This document shows, piece by piece, positions 21,301 to 32,140 of a stretch of 64,000 nucleotides of DNA (its first letter is position 1; each line of letters begins with the position of its first letter). The notes under the pieces were generated by a model. The model searched no databases and had not been told where the DNA came from. It saw only the letters and a list, made by a program, of their open reading frames with translations. The translations under genes were made by a program, and so were the position numbers. This DNA comes from an uncultured bacterium (GTDB lineage: Bacteria > Chloroflexota > UBA5177 > JANWHV01), in contig CAWHAE010000014.1 in NCBI GenBank assembly GCA_963827235.1, positions 64,001 through 128,000 of the forward strand. The letters are read 5' to 3'.

Positions 21301-22020
21301 ATGTATCGTCGCGTCCTGCTCAAGCTCAGCGGTGAGGCGCTGGTCGGACAGGTTGGCTACGGCATCGACCCAGGTGTCGTACAGCGCATCGCCAGGCAGG
21401 TTGCGCGGGTTCGCGAGCTCGGCGTGGAGCTGGCAGTGGTCGTGGGAGGTGGCAACATCTTCCGCGGCCTGGCAGCCAGCTCGCTCGGCATGGATCGAGC
21501 AACTGCCGACTACATGGGCATGCTGGCCACGGTGCTGAACGCACTCGCGCTCAAAGATGCGCTCAGCCAGGTCAGTGTGGATACCAGGGTGCAGACGGCC
21601 ATCGCCATGAACGCGGTGGCCGAGCCCTACATCCGGGGACGTGCCATACGGCACCTGGAGAAAGGCCGCGTGGTCATACTCGCCGCCGGTACCGGGAATC
21701 CGTATTTCACGACGGACACGGCGGCCAGCCTGCGGGCCATCGAGCTCAATTGCGAGGTGTTGCTGAAGGCTACCAAGGTCGACGGAATCTATACCGCGGA
21801 TCCCGAGGTGGACGTCACGGCGACACGGTATGTTAGGCTCGACTATTACACTGCGCTCGAGCGCGAGCTTCGGGTTATGGACAGCACCGCGTTCGCGCTC
21901 TGCAAGGACAACAAACTCCCCATCATCGTCTTCAATCTGGAGGGACCGGACAATATCGAGCGTGCCGTGCGCGGCCTCGAGATCGGTACGCTGGTGACCG
22001 CGACGGAGCGCCCTGCGTAG
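21301..22020 (+). CDS. pyrH: UMP kinase
   Basis: [25 protein letters not shown]. Confidence 0.97.
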   Translation: MYRRVLLKLSGEALVGQVGYGIDPGVVQRIARQVARVRELGVELAVVVGGGNIFRGLAASSLGMDRATADYMGMLATVLNALALKDALSQVSVDTRVQTAIAMNAVAEPYIRGRAIRHLEKGRVVILAAGTGNPYFTTDTAASLRAIELNCEVLLKATKVDGIYTADPEVDVTATRYVRLDYYTALERELRVMDSTAFALCKDNKLPIIVFNLEGPDNIERAVRGLEIGTLVTATERPA

Positions 22021-22200
22021 GCCGCAATATGACCGCCCGTCGGCTTCACGCTGCCTCCGCGTCGAGGCGAGGGACAATCTGTGGCAGGGTGCGCCCAACG
22101 ATCTACAATGTGATCGCCGGCCACCGCGGCGGGAGGGAGCCGTGGATGGCAGAAGGAACGGCGCACGTGAGTTTGTCCGTTTCAGTGGAGGAGCAGACCG

Positions 22201-22758
22201 GTGATTCAGGAAGTTCTCGATGACGGCGATCGCCGCATGCAAAAGGCGATCGCCGTTCTGACGGAGGATCTCGCCACCGTGCGCACGGGCCGTGCATCGA
22301 CATCCCTGCTCGATAGCGTCCAGGTACAGTACTACGGCGCGCCCACCCCGCTGAATCAGCTAGCCTCAGTCACCGTCGGTGACGCGCGCACCTTGCTGAT
22401 CACCGCGTATGACCGCTCGGTGCTTTCGGAGATCGACAAGGCGATCCGCAAGGCGGACCTCGGATTCAACCCGTCCAGCGACGGCACCATCATGCGCGTG
22501 ATCGTACCGTCCTTGACGGAAGATCGACGCCGCGAGATGGTCAAGATGGTGCACAGAAAGCTCGAGGAGCACAAGGTCGCGGTGCGCAACGTGCGCCGTG
22601 AAGTTCATGACAAGCTCAAGGCGCTTGAAAAGGATAAGTCCGTGTCGGCTGACGAGGTACGCCGTGCAACCGAACGGCTGCAGAAGATCACCGACCACGC
22701 GATCGCCGAGATGGACCAGCTGGGCGCGCAAAAGGAAGCGGATGTGATGGCGGTCTAG
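22201..22758 (+). CDS. frr: Ribosome recycling factor
   Basis: VRTGRA, YYGAPTPL, LTEDRR, VRNVRR. Confidence 0.97.
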   Translation: MIQEVLDDGDRRMQKAIAVLTEDLATVRTGRASTSLLDSVQVQYYGAPTPLNQLASVTVGDARTLLITAYDRSVLSEIDKAIRKADLGFNPSSDGTIMRVIVPSLTEDRRREMVKMVHRKLEEHKVAVRNVRREVHDKLKALEKDKSVSADEVRRATERLQKITDHAIAEMDQLGAQKEADVMAV

Positions 22759-22845
22759 GGCCACGTCGGCGCGCGACTGGCTTGAGGCCGGGCACGGTCC
22801 GTTCCGAGAGTGGGTAGCCATCGATACTGAAACGGCCCGGCCGAA

Positions 22846-23706
22846 GTGCGTCACGCCACGGCCCAGACTAAGGCGGAGACAGAGATTCCGCGAGCTGCAG
22901 GAGACGAGGACAACGCGGTGAGCACTTCCGATGCCGCTCCCGAGGTCGACTCACCGTTGGGCGACGATGCTGCCGGTTCCCCGGGCAACGGGGGCGAGCC
23001 TGCTGCGTCCCAGCTACTGGGTCCACCGCCGAGGCATGTCGCGATCATCATGGACGGCAACGGCCGCTGGGCACAGTCACGCAACCTGCCGCGGCTAGAC
23101 GGCCACCGGGCCGGCATGGACAACATCCATCGCATCGTGCCGTGTGCCATCGATCTCGGAGTCGAGATACTGACGCTGTACGCATTCTCCACCGAGAACT
23201 GGGGTCGACCGCGGGAAGAGGTGAGCGGCCTCATGCGACTGTTCGCCCTCGCGAGCCGACGCGATACACAACGATTGCACCGAAACGGCGTGCAGGTGCG
23301 GCACGTGGGCTCGTTCGTGGGTGTGAGCAAGTCGCTGGAACGCGCCATCCGCGGAGCCGTCGATCTGACGAAGGACAACAGGCAGCTGATCCTCAACATC
23401 GCATTCAACTACGGCGGTCGCGCGGAGATCGTAAGCGCCGTGCGCGAGCTGATTCGTGAGGGTGCCATGGCCGAGCAGGTAACCGAGGAGGCGATTTCGA
23501 AACGGCTCTACACTGCCGGTTTGCCCGACCCAGATCTGATCATTCGTACGGCAGGCGAGATGAGGCTTTCCAACTTCTTGCTCTGGCAGGCTGCCTACAG
23601 CGAGTACTACTCAAGCCCGAAGTGCTGGCCCGACTTCGGGCCGGATGACCTGACGCATGCCGTGAAGACGTTCGCGGGCCGCAAGCGCAAGTACGGCCGG
23701 TTGTAA
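22846..23706 (+). CDS. uppS: cis-prenyltransferase (undecaprenyl diphosphate synthase)
   Basis: HVAIIMDGNGRW, FSTENW, IRTAGEMRLSNFLLWQ. Start uncertain because the N-terminal extension is low-complexity. Confidence 0.94.
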   Translation: MRHATAQTKAETEIPRAAGDEDNAVSTSDAAPEVDSPLGDDAAGSPGNGGEPAASQLLGPPPRHVAIIMDGNGRWAQSRNLPRLDGHRAGMDNIHRIVPCAIDLGVEILTLYAFSTENWGRPREEVSGLMRLFALASRRDTQRLHRNGVQVRHVGSFVGVSKSLERAIRGAVDLTKDNRQLILNIAFNYGGRAEIVSAVRELIREGAMAEQVTEEAISKRLYTAGLPDPDLIIRTAGEMRLSNFLLWQAAYSEYYSSPKCWPDFGPDDLTHAVKTFAGRKRKYGRL

Positions 23707-23712
23707 CAGCGC

Positions 23713-24526
23713 ATGAAGCTACGCGTATTGAGCGCCGCAGTGCTTGCCCCGGTAGCAGTCTTGCTCGTGGCGCTCGGCGGATTGCCTTTTCTGGCGGGCG
23801 TGGTGGTCATGTGCCTCATTGCCCTCTGGGAGCTCACGGGACTCTGCTGGCCGCCGTCGCGTCGGCTTTGCTGGAAGGCAAGATCTGGCGCTATCTGAGC
23901 CTGGCTGCCGGTGCCGTGCTGCTGATCGGCGTCTACGGCGACCATTTTCGCAGCGGAGCGGGTCAGGCAACGGCGGCGGCCCTGATTGTTGTCAGCCTGG
24001 CCGAGCCTTGTGCTCGCCGGACCGCCGGGCAGACGCGTCGTCGCCTGGGCAGCCGGCGCGGCCGCGATCATCTACATCTGTGGCCTCGGCCTGCACTTCA
24101 TTCTGCTTCGCGAGACCACCCGGGGGCTGGTGTGGACGTCTGCTGGCATGCCTGGTGACCTGGGCCACGGATATCGGCGCCCTCTTTGCCGGCAAGTACT
24201 TCGGCACGCACCCGTTCTTCCCTTCCATCAGCCCGAAGAAGACGATCGAGGGCGCTGCCGGCGGTCTGCTGGCTGGGACCCTCGTGGCACTGCCGGTGAT
24301 GGCGCTGGGCGACCTCCGCGCCCCCATCGCACTGGCTCCTCTGGTCGGACTCTCGGTAAGCGTCGCGGCGCAGCTGGGCGATCTCGTGGAGTCGCTGGTC
24401 AAGCGAGAGGCGGGTGCTAAGGACTCGGGCACGATTATTCCGGGTCATGGCGGTGTTCTCGACCGCATCGACAGCTTGCTTTTTGCCGTGGCGGTGATGT
24501 ACTACTGGAGATTGGTGTTCCCGTGA
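23713..24526 (+). CDS. cdsA: Phosphatidate cytidylyltransferase (about 3 frameshifts, probably sequencing indels)
   Basis: C-terminal SPKKTIEG, GDLVESLVKR..KDSG..IPGHGGVLDRIDS; hydrophobic N-terminal segments are split between frames near 23840, 23995 and 24140. Confidence 0.88.
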
Positions 24527-25665
24527 AACGCGTCGTCATCCTTGGCAGCACCGGCTCGATTGGCGTTCAGACGCTGGACGTGGTTGCCCGGTTCCCAGAC
24601 AAGCTCCAGGTGATCGGCCTGGCTGCGCGCCGACAGGAAGTGCTTGCTGCACAGGCGCAGGCGCATTCAGTCCCGCTGGTGAGTATCGGCAACGCGGCTA
24701 TCACGGCTGACTTCCCTGCCGGCACGACTGTGCTCGCGGACCCCGATAGCCTGCAGACCATGGCGACGCTGCCTGAGGCAGACGTCGTTGTGGTCGCGAC
24801 GGTGGGGCGTGCCGGACTGGCGGCAACGCTCGCCGCGTTGCGTGCAGGCAAGCGCGTGGCGCTCGCCAACAAGGAGGTTCTGGTCATGGCCGGCGAGCTG
24901 GTGCGGCGGACCGCTCGCGAGCATGGCGGTAGTCTGCTGCCCGTGGATAGTGAGCACAGCGCAATCTGGCAATGTCTGGTAGGCGAGAGCCACTCGAGCG
25001 TGCAGCAGATCATACTGACGGCGTCCGGCGGTGCCCTGCGTGAGCTGCCGCTGGAGTCGCTGCGCTCGGTAACACCGGAGCAGGCACTGCGACATCCGAC
25101 CTGGAAAATGGGCCCGAAGGTGACCGTTGACTCCGCAACGCTGATGAACAAGGGACTCGAGGTCATCGAAGCGCACTGGCTGTTCGACTGCCCATACGAG
25201 CGCATCCGGATCGCGATACAACCAACCAGCTCCGTACATTCACTGGTGCAGTTCGTGGACGGATCGGTAAAGGCCCAGCTTGGGCGCCCCGACATGCGCG
25301 TACCCATCCAGTACGCGCTCAGCCATCCCGAGCGCTGGCCATACCCCGAGATGCTAGTCGACATAACAGCGTTTGGCAACCTTCAGTTTGCTGAGCCTCA
25401 GTGGGAGCGATACCCGTGCCTGCGACTGGCACTTGAAGCCGGGAAGCGCGGCGGCACATACGCGGCCGCCCTGTGCGCCGCGGACGAGCTGGCAGTGGAC
25501 ATGTTCATCGCCGGCGCTATTCCGCTGACCGCGATCTCGGAACTGGCAGAACGGGTGCTCGATCTGCACCAGGGAGCGGTAGCGCCGAGCCTCGACAACG
25601 TGCTGGCGGCAGATGCGTGGGCGCGCGAGTGCTGCCTGAAGGTCTACAGGTCCGGCACCTGGTGA
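24523..25665 (+). CDS. dxr: 1-deoxy-D-xylulose 5-phosphate reductoisomerase
   Basis: LGSTGSIG, LANKE, PVDSEH, HPTWKMG, NKGLEVIEAH. Confidence 0.97.
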   Translation: MKRVVILGSTGSIGVQTLDVVARFPDKLQVIGLAARRQEVLAAQAQAHSVPLVSIGNAAITADFPAGTTVLADPDSLQTMATLPEADVVVVATVGRAGLAATLAALRAGKRVALANKEVLVMAGELVRRTAREHGGSLLPVDSEHSAIWQCLVGESHSSVQQIILTASGGALRELPLESLRSVTPEQALRHPTWKMGPKVTVDSATLMNKGLEVIEAHWLFDCPYERIRIAIQPTSSVHSLVQFVDGSVKAQLGRPDMRVPIQYALSHPERWPYPEMLVDITAFGNLQFAEPQWERYPCLRLALEAGKRGGTYAAALCAADELAVDMFIAGAIPLTAISELAERVLDLHQGAVAPSLDNVLAADAWARECCLKVYRSGTW

Positions 25666-25673
25666 GAGCGGCT

Positions 25674-26095
25674 TCAGCCGACGTGCTCCTTGAATCGCCG
25701 GATCGCCGCGATGTGCTGAGCCGGACCTGCCAGGCTGGCACCCGTCGTGTTCAACGACAGATGACTCGCGCCTTGCGCTCGCAAAGCCCGAACCATATCT
25801 GCCCACCTTTCGGCCGTGCCCCCGGCGTAGGTGATGCGGCCCTCGACGGCGATTGCCGCCGATCCCTGCCCGCCGCAATCGCCGTGCCATGAATCGTCTC
25901 GATTGCCGCGCTGAGCGAATCATCCGGCGGCAATTGCGGGAACCAGCCGTCCGCGAGTCTGCCGACCCTGCGGAGCGTCGCCTCGGTGCCGCCGCCCAGC
26001 CAGTTTGGAAGCGGCTGCCTACCGGCCGCGGACCGATGCCCGCAGCCTCGATGGTGTGCCAGCCACCGCGAAAGGTGACCGAATCCCGGCTGAAC
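25674..26095 (-). pseudogene. 3' remnant of an LLM-class (luciferase-like, putatively F420-dependent) oxidoreductase
   Basis: Three joined frame segments read VTFRGGWHTIEAAGIGPRPV / QPLPNWLGGGTEATLRRVGRLADGWFP / EGRITY...GASHLSLNTT...HIAAIRRFKE-stop; the N-terminal half is missing. Confidence 0.7.
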
Positions 26096-26451
26096 GGGGC
26101 TTTCAGGACGGCGATTGAAGCAGACCGATGCGCCTGCAGAGTCGGGGCGCGTCTGGTCGACTCGCCCGCTGAGCCAAACGGCGCGGCCCGAGGCGACAAG
26201 GCGGCATGAACAACGTAACGGAGATGGCTGGCTGACCGCACCCGGGAACCAGACCGCTTGGTATGCTCAAGTGAGGTCTTGACCGCTCTTTCGACCCCTG
26301 AGGCCCTCGCGGAGGGACACGGTAGCGGCGGGATCAACCTTCACGCCGCAACTATCAGGGCGGGCCGAGCATCGATTCGCTCCCCGGCTGGCAAGTGGCA
26401 TCGCCCCGGCGCACGTCGACGGCCGTGTGCATGGCAAAGCAGAGATACACG

Positions 26452-27492
26452 ATGAGTGTTATTGTAGACATAATGTCCTTCGCAGCCATGCTGCTCGTGC
26501 TGGTCGGTGTTCATGAGCTCGGGCACTTCGCTACCGCGAAGCTCTGCGGCATTCGTGTCGAGGAATTCGGATTCGGATTCCCACCGCGGATCTGGGGACG
26601 CCGTTACGGCGAAACCCTGTATAGCGTGAACGCCATTCCCTTGGGTGGCTTCGTCAGGCTCAGCGGTGAGAACGGCGACGTGGTCGGAACCGGAAGCTTC
26701 GCCTCCAAACCGGCTTGGCAGCGGTCCGCCGTCCTGGCAGCGGGCGCGGCGATGAATCTGCTGCTTGCCTTCGTGCTCTTCTTTCTGGTTTACACGATCG
26801 CGCCGATCCCGTTCGACCAGCCGCGCGTGTCTATGGTGCAGCCGAATTCTCCCGCCGCTGCCGCGCTGCGAACAGGCGACCTGGTTACCGCCGTCAACGG
26901 CATCGCGGTGACCACCCAGAGCGACCTGCAGGACGAGGTTGCCTGTGCGCTGGGCAAGCCGACAGTGCTGTCGATCGACAGGAGCGGGCGCCACATCAAG
27001 GTCACCGTGGTGCCGCGCGTCGATCCGCCGCCCGGACAGGGCCGCATAGGGTTCCGCGGTAGCATTGCCTGGACGGGAACGACCGGCTGGGATGCTCTCG
27101 GCCAGACGCTCAGCCAGCCGGGCGATTTCGCCAGCAGTATCGTGCAGCTCGTCACTAAGCGCTCCTGCAACGCGGCGGACAGCGGTGTGACAGGGCCGGT
27201 CGGCATTGCTAGGGCCACGGGCGATGCGACCAGCGAGGTCAGTAACCTGGGTTCTGGGCCTGTGCTCTATCTCGCCGCCGTAGTGAGCATGAATCTGGCG
27301 TTCGTCAACATCCTCCCGTTCCCGGCACTCGATGGCGGACGGCTGGCGTTCGTGTTGATAGGCGCGGCTCGCAGACGCCGAATCGATCCGCGGCGCGAAG
27401 CTATAGTCCACCTGATTGGCTTCGCGCTCTTGCTACTGTTTGTGCTGGCGGTTAGCGCGCACGACATAGGCATCTGGATGGGCAGCAAGTAA
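26452..27492 (+). CDS. rseP: RIP metalloprotease RseP (M50 family, with PDZ domain)
   Basis: HELGH, GFGFPP, IPLGGFV, NILPFPALDGG; follows dxr. Confidence 0.94.
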   Translation: MSVIVDIMSFAAMLLVLVGVHELGHFATAKLCGIRVEEFGFGFPPRIWGRRYGETLYSVNAIPLGGFVRLSGENGDVVGTGSFASKPAWQRSAVLAAGAAMNLLLAFVLFFLVYTIAPIPFDQPRVSMVQPNSPAAAALRTGDLVTAVNGIAVTTQSDLQDEVACALGKPTVLSIDRSGRHIKVTVVPRVDPPPGQGRIGFRGSIAWTGTTGWDALGQTLSQPGDFASSIVQLVTKRSCNAADSGVTGPVGIARATGDATSEVSNLGSGPVLYLAAVVSMNLAFVNILPFPALDGGRLAFVLIGAARRRRIDPRREAIVHLIGFALLLLFVLAVSAHDIGIWMGSK

Positions 27493-27550
27493 AGTCGGTG
27501 GCCGATCTGCTATGATGATCGCTTTGAGCGCGCGCGAAGGGGGCTTTCCG

Positions 27551-28252
27551 GTGCCGGTAATCGAGGTGGCCATCGTCGGTGATTACGACCCGGTCTCGCC
27601 CACGCACGTAGCCACCGACGCTGCTCTGGAGCACGCGGCTCGGCGCATCGGCGTGAAGGTTCGCAGCACCTGGATACCAACGCCGGAGCTGGACGCCGGC
27701 GCGGAGCAGCGCCTCTCAGGCTACGGCGCCGTCTGGTGCGCGCCCGGCAGCCCGTATCGCAGCTTGAAGGGCGCCCTAAACGCCATTCTCGCGGCACGTA
27801 CGACCGGTACGGCGTTCATCGGCACCTGCGGCGGCTTCCAGCATCTCGTGCTGGAGTACGCGCAGAACGTGCTGGGCATCGAGGATGCGAGCCTCGCCGA
27901 GTACAATCCGTACTCCTCGCGGCTTTTCATCACAGCTCTGGCGTGCTCGCTGGTGGGCAAGACCATGCAGGTCAGGATCAACCCGGCCTCACGAGCCTTC
28001 CAGGCCTACGGCTGCGAGACCGCCGAGGAGCACTACTACTGTAAGTTCGGTCTCAACCAGCAATACCGTGCGCAGCTGCATGATGCGGGACTTCGCGTAG
28101 TCGGCACGGACCAGGACGGCGAGGCACGCATCGTCGAGCTGCCCACGCATCGCTTCTTCATGGGCACGCTCTTCGTGCCGCAGACATCCTCAACGTTCGA
28201 TCACCCGCACCCGCTTATCGTGGCGTACCTTCAGGCAGCGCTCAAGGAGTAA
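27551..28252 (+). CDS. Stand-alone CTP-synthase-like glutamine amidotransferase domain protein
   Basis: IVGDY, PGSPY, GTCGGFQH, HRFFMGTLF.P, HPLI; no synthase N-domain. Confidence 0.85.
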   Translation: MPVIEVAIVGDYDPVSPTHVATDAALEHAARRIGVKVRSTWIPTPELDAGAEQRLSGYGAVWCAPGSPYRSLKGALNAILAARTTGTAFIGTCGGFQHLVLEYAQNVLGIEDASLAEYNPYSSRLFITALACSLVGKTMQVRINPASRAFQAYGCETAEEHYYCKFGLNQQYRAQLHDAGLRVVGTDQDGEARIVELPTHRFFMGTLFVPQTSSTFDHPHPLIVAYLQAALKE

Positions 28253-28300
28253 TGAGTGAGGGCAGGACGCGTGCCCGACCGGAGCCGGGCAATAATGTCA

Positions 28301-28328
28301 TCTTCACATAACCTACATTATCAGAAGT
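28301..28328 (-). other. dif-like Xer recombination site
   Basis: Minus strand ACTTCTGATAA-TGTAGG-TTATGTGAAGA has 11-6-11 geometry with 8/11 identity in each arm to B. subtilis dif; intergenic. Confidence 0.75.
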
Positions 28329-28457
28329 TAGCAGCAGAAGTGTGCTGGCTGACCGTGGCGCGGCAGGGAACATAGGCGTAACGGGTCACCATGTACGCTG
28401 CAGGCTGCCGCGTTGCTTGAGCTCGCCGGAGTGCATCGTTCACCAGAACTGGCCCGC

Positions 28458-28736
28458 CTACATGACCTGGACACGGGGCAGCAGTCGGATCGCTGAGCGC
28501 CGGCAGACGGCGCTGCAGTCGCCGCAACCGTAGCACCGCGCCGGGTCAACCTGAATCTTGGCCAGCAAGGACGAGTAGATCAGCGCACCGCACCGGCTGT
28601 GTTTGGAGCAACGTTGACAGCCTCGACACAGCTCCGAGTCCACGCGCGCAACGTACTCGCTCCGCAGGTAGCTCTTCTCGACTATCTTTTCGACAGGCGC
28701 CTCCCTGCCGGCGAAGCGGCGTACGCGCTCGCTCAT
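28458..28736 (-). CDS. 4Fe-4S dicluster ferredoxin-like protein (short, possibly degenerate)
   Basis: CRGCQRCSKHS (fourth Cys replaced) and CYGCGDCSAVC. Confidence 0.6.
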   Translation of the reverse strand: MSERVRRFAGREAPVEKIVEKSYLRSEYVARVDSELCRGCQRCSKHSRCGALIYSSLLAKIQVDPARCYGCGDCSAVCRRSAIRLLPRVQVM

Positions 28737-28820
28737 CGGCTCGCGCCCCGTTCGTGCATCCGATCGCTTCTAGCCATCGGTCCTGCCTCGCACACGTCTC
28801 GTAGTAGTTCTCTCGATATA

Positions 28821-28852
28821 TCTATGATATACATAGAGTGCTACGCTGTCAA
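28821..28852 (-). promoter_or_regulatory. sigma70 promoter with an overlapping palindromic operator
   Basis: Minus strand TTGACA-17 nt-TATCAT; TCTATG-N5-CATAGA palindrome at 28821-28837 covers the -10. Confidence 0.65.
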
Positions 28853-29015
28853 CGGGGCAGAGGTGCGGATTGGACTCCAGGTCACCGAGCCATGCAGATA
28901 CGACACTGATTCTTCCGATTCGGAAAAAGCAACTTTGTCGTACCGCGGAAAAAGCAATCTTGCGTCAGTCTGCAGGGCTCATGAAGACTGCGACAACTCG
29001 TTCGCGCACCAGGCA

Positions 29016-29205
29016 GGCTTCCCAGTAGTATTCGCCGAAAAAACAACGGATAGAGCGCTGGCCATGGGCACGGGTGACGTGCGCAGATTAGTTCCGTGGC
29101 GACACGAGTGTTCTCGGAGGAGGAGCTGGAGCGTCTTCGGGGCTTTCCGGAGATCAGTGGTGAGGCGCTGCTGCGGTTCTTTACCCTTACTCCAGCAGAG
29201 GTGGA
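29016..29205 (+). repeat. Left 190-bp inverted repeat (38-bp IR, tnpA leader, first 36 codons)
   Basis: Near-identical to the reverse complement of 34251-34440 (2 internal mismatches plus differences in the first 4 bases). Confidence 0.95.
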
Positions 29206-32140
29206 GTTCATCGCTCCGGGCCGGGGTCGCGGTCCGGCGGACCGCCTGGGTCTGGCTATTCAGCTGTGCACGCTCCCTTGGTTGGGGTTTGTCCCGGACG
29301 ATGTCGGCGCGGCTCCGACGGCTGCGGTCGCCCGGCTGTCGGAAAGGTTGGCTATCCCGATAGGGGAGCTGCGCTTCTATGGCCACCGGGAGCAGACACG
29401 TACGGACCATCTTGGGATGGTGGCGCGCTATCTGGGTTGGCGGCAGGCGGGACCGTTGGAGCTGGCGGCGTTGGATGAGGTCCTCTTGGCCAGAGCGATG
29501 GAGCACGATTCGCCCACCCTCCTGTTCCGTCTGGCAGGTGAGCAGCTGATCTCCTCCCACGTGATCCGACGTGGTGTCGTCACCTTGGTCGGGCGCGTGG
29601 CCAAGGCGCGCGCGGCGGCGAGCTGGGAGACCTTCGATCGCGTTGCCCATCTGCTCACGCGTAAGCGGCAGGAGGAACTGGACGCGCTGCTCGTGGTCGA
29701 TGCCGCAATTGGTACCACCCGCCTGGCCTGGTTGGGCAGGGGTCCGACTGAAGCGTCCGCTGCAGCCGTGAAGGCGGAACTCGGCAAGTTGCGGTACCTG
29801 CGCAGTCTGGACGCCCACACGCTCGATCTGTCGACGTTGCCAGCCGCACGCCGCCGCTTCCTCGCCGCTGTGGGTCGGCGACTGAGCGCACAAGCGTTGG
29901 CACGGCGGGAGCCGGAGCGCCGGCATCCGATCCTGCTGCTGCTGGCCCAATCGGCCAGCGACGTGTTGGACGAGGTGATCCAGCTGTTTGAACCAGGCAC
30001 TGTCGGCCGAGAGAGCCTGGCGCGCCACCGGATGATCGAGCAATTGGCCGAACGCGCTAAGTCTGGTGAGGACTGCCAGGCGCTGCTCGATGACATCCTG
30101 GCGATCGTGACCGACCCCGCGATCCCCGACGAAGCGATCGGGGCGCTGATCCGAGGCGATCGGATCGGGTGGGAACGGCTGACGGTGGCGGTCGCAATGG
30201 CACCCGCGCGGTTACCCCGCGATCACCGTCACCTGGCGCGGGTAGCTACCTCCTACCTGTACTTACGCCAGTTCTCACCAGGGTGATCGACGCCATCGAC
30301 TTCGTGGGGAGCAGCACGGCGCAGCCATTGATTGCAGCGCTGAGCATCCTGCGGGAACTGAACGCGACCGGGGCGCGCAAGGTGCCCAAAGGGGCACCGA
30401 CTGACTTCGTCCCCACCCGCTGGCGGGGGTACCTGGAGCAGGCCGCCACAGCGGGGAACCCGACCGCCTATCGGCATTACTGGGAGTTGACCGTGTTGCT
30501 CGCCTTGCGGGACGGGCTTCGCTCCGGGGATGTGTCCGTTCCAGGCTCCCGACGCTATGAGAATCCGACCGCCTACTTGATCGCCCCCGCTACGTGGGAA
30601 AGCCAACGGGCGACGTTCTGCCAGTTGGTGGGAAAGCCCGCCACCGCATACCTCGCGCTGCAGCAGGCCGACGCGGAGCTACGGACTGCCCTGGCAGCGT
30701 TGGAGCGGGTGCTGGCTTCGGGAGCGGGTCCGATCCGTGTGGCTCAGGACGGCGACCTTGTCATCCCACCGCTTTCCGCCGAGGACATCCCCGCTGCGGT
30801 GCAGGCGTTAAAAGCGGAACTGGCCGAGATGCTCCCCCATGCGCCGATTGTCTCGCTGCTCATCGAACTGGACCGGCGCACTGGCTTCCTGGACTGCTTC
30901 ACCCACGCAGGAGGCAAGCAGTCCAGGAGTCCCGAGCTCACGCGCAACCTGATCGCGGTCCTGGTTGCCAGCGCAACCAACCTCGGTCTGGTCCGGATGG
31001 CGGAGTCCTGTGGCATCTCCTACGAGGTGCTGGCCTGGACTGCGGAGTGGTATGTGCGAGAAGAGACGCTGCGGGCGGCGAACCTGGTAATCGTGAGCTA
31101 TCACCAACGGCTGCCGCTCGCCCGGGTCTTCGGCGGTGGCACCCTGTCCAGCTCGGACGGTCAGCGCTTCCCGACCAAGGGTAAGTCGCTGACCGCGCGC
31201 GCCCTGTCACGCTATTTCGCTGACGAGGGGCTGAGCACCTATACCCACGTGACTGACCAGCACGCGACGTACGGGACCAAGGTCATTGTGGCCACCGACC
31301 GCGAGGCGCATTATGTCGTGGACGATGCTCGGCAACGCCACCGACCTGCCCATCACCGAGCACGCCACCGACACCCACGGGGTGACCCTGGTCAACTTCG
31401 CCTTGTTCGATCTCGTCGGCCTCCAACTTTCGCCCCGCATTCGCGACCTGGGCAAGATCACCCTGTACCGGACTGGCCCAAGAGCCGCCTTCGAGGAGAC
31501 CTATCCCACTGCGGAGATATTGCTGACGCGACGGCTGAACACCGCGCTGATCGCCGAACACTGGGACGACCTGCTCCGGTTGGGCGGCTCGCTCAAATTC
31601 GGGCACGCCACTGCATCCTTGATCGTCGGCAAGCTCTCTCGCTCGGATCGCCAGCAGAATGCGGTCGCTGCCGCGCTCAAGGAGTACGGGGCGCTGCGCC
31701 GTACTATCTTCACAGCGCGCTACCTGACCGACGAGGCCTACCGGCGGAAGATCACCCGGCAACTCAACAAGGGCGAGAGCATCCATGCGCTACGCCGAGC
31801 ACTGCACTATGCGCACCAGGAAGCGGTCCGTCAGCGGCACCTGGAGCAGCAGACCGAGCAGGCCTGGTGCCTGACCCTGGCCACCAACGCCGTCGTGACC
31901 TGGACCACGGAGTACTATGGCCTGGCGGTGGCGGCGATGCGGGGGCAGGGGCGGCGGGTGGACGACGAGGCGCTGGCCCACATCTCCCCCGCGCACACCG
32001 AGAGCGTCAACTTCTTCGGGTCGATCGCCGTGGATGTGGAGCTGGAACTGGCCAAGCGCGATCCCGCCGGCTATCGGCCGCTGCGGGAGCGGGTCCTCCC
32101 GCCAGCAGTGGCCCTCGACCCAGACGAGCGTGCCGGATGA
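29096..32140 (+). pseudogene. tnpA: Tn3-family DDE transposase (DUF4158 plus DDE_Tnp_Tn3), frameshifted near 30280 and 31325
   Basis: RLGLAIQL..L..LGF, YWELTVLLALRDGLRSGD, SSSDGQRF, HATDTHG, QLNKGESIHAL, HISP distributed over three frames. Confidence 0.9.
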
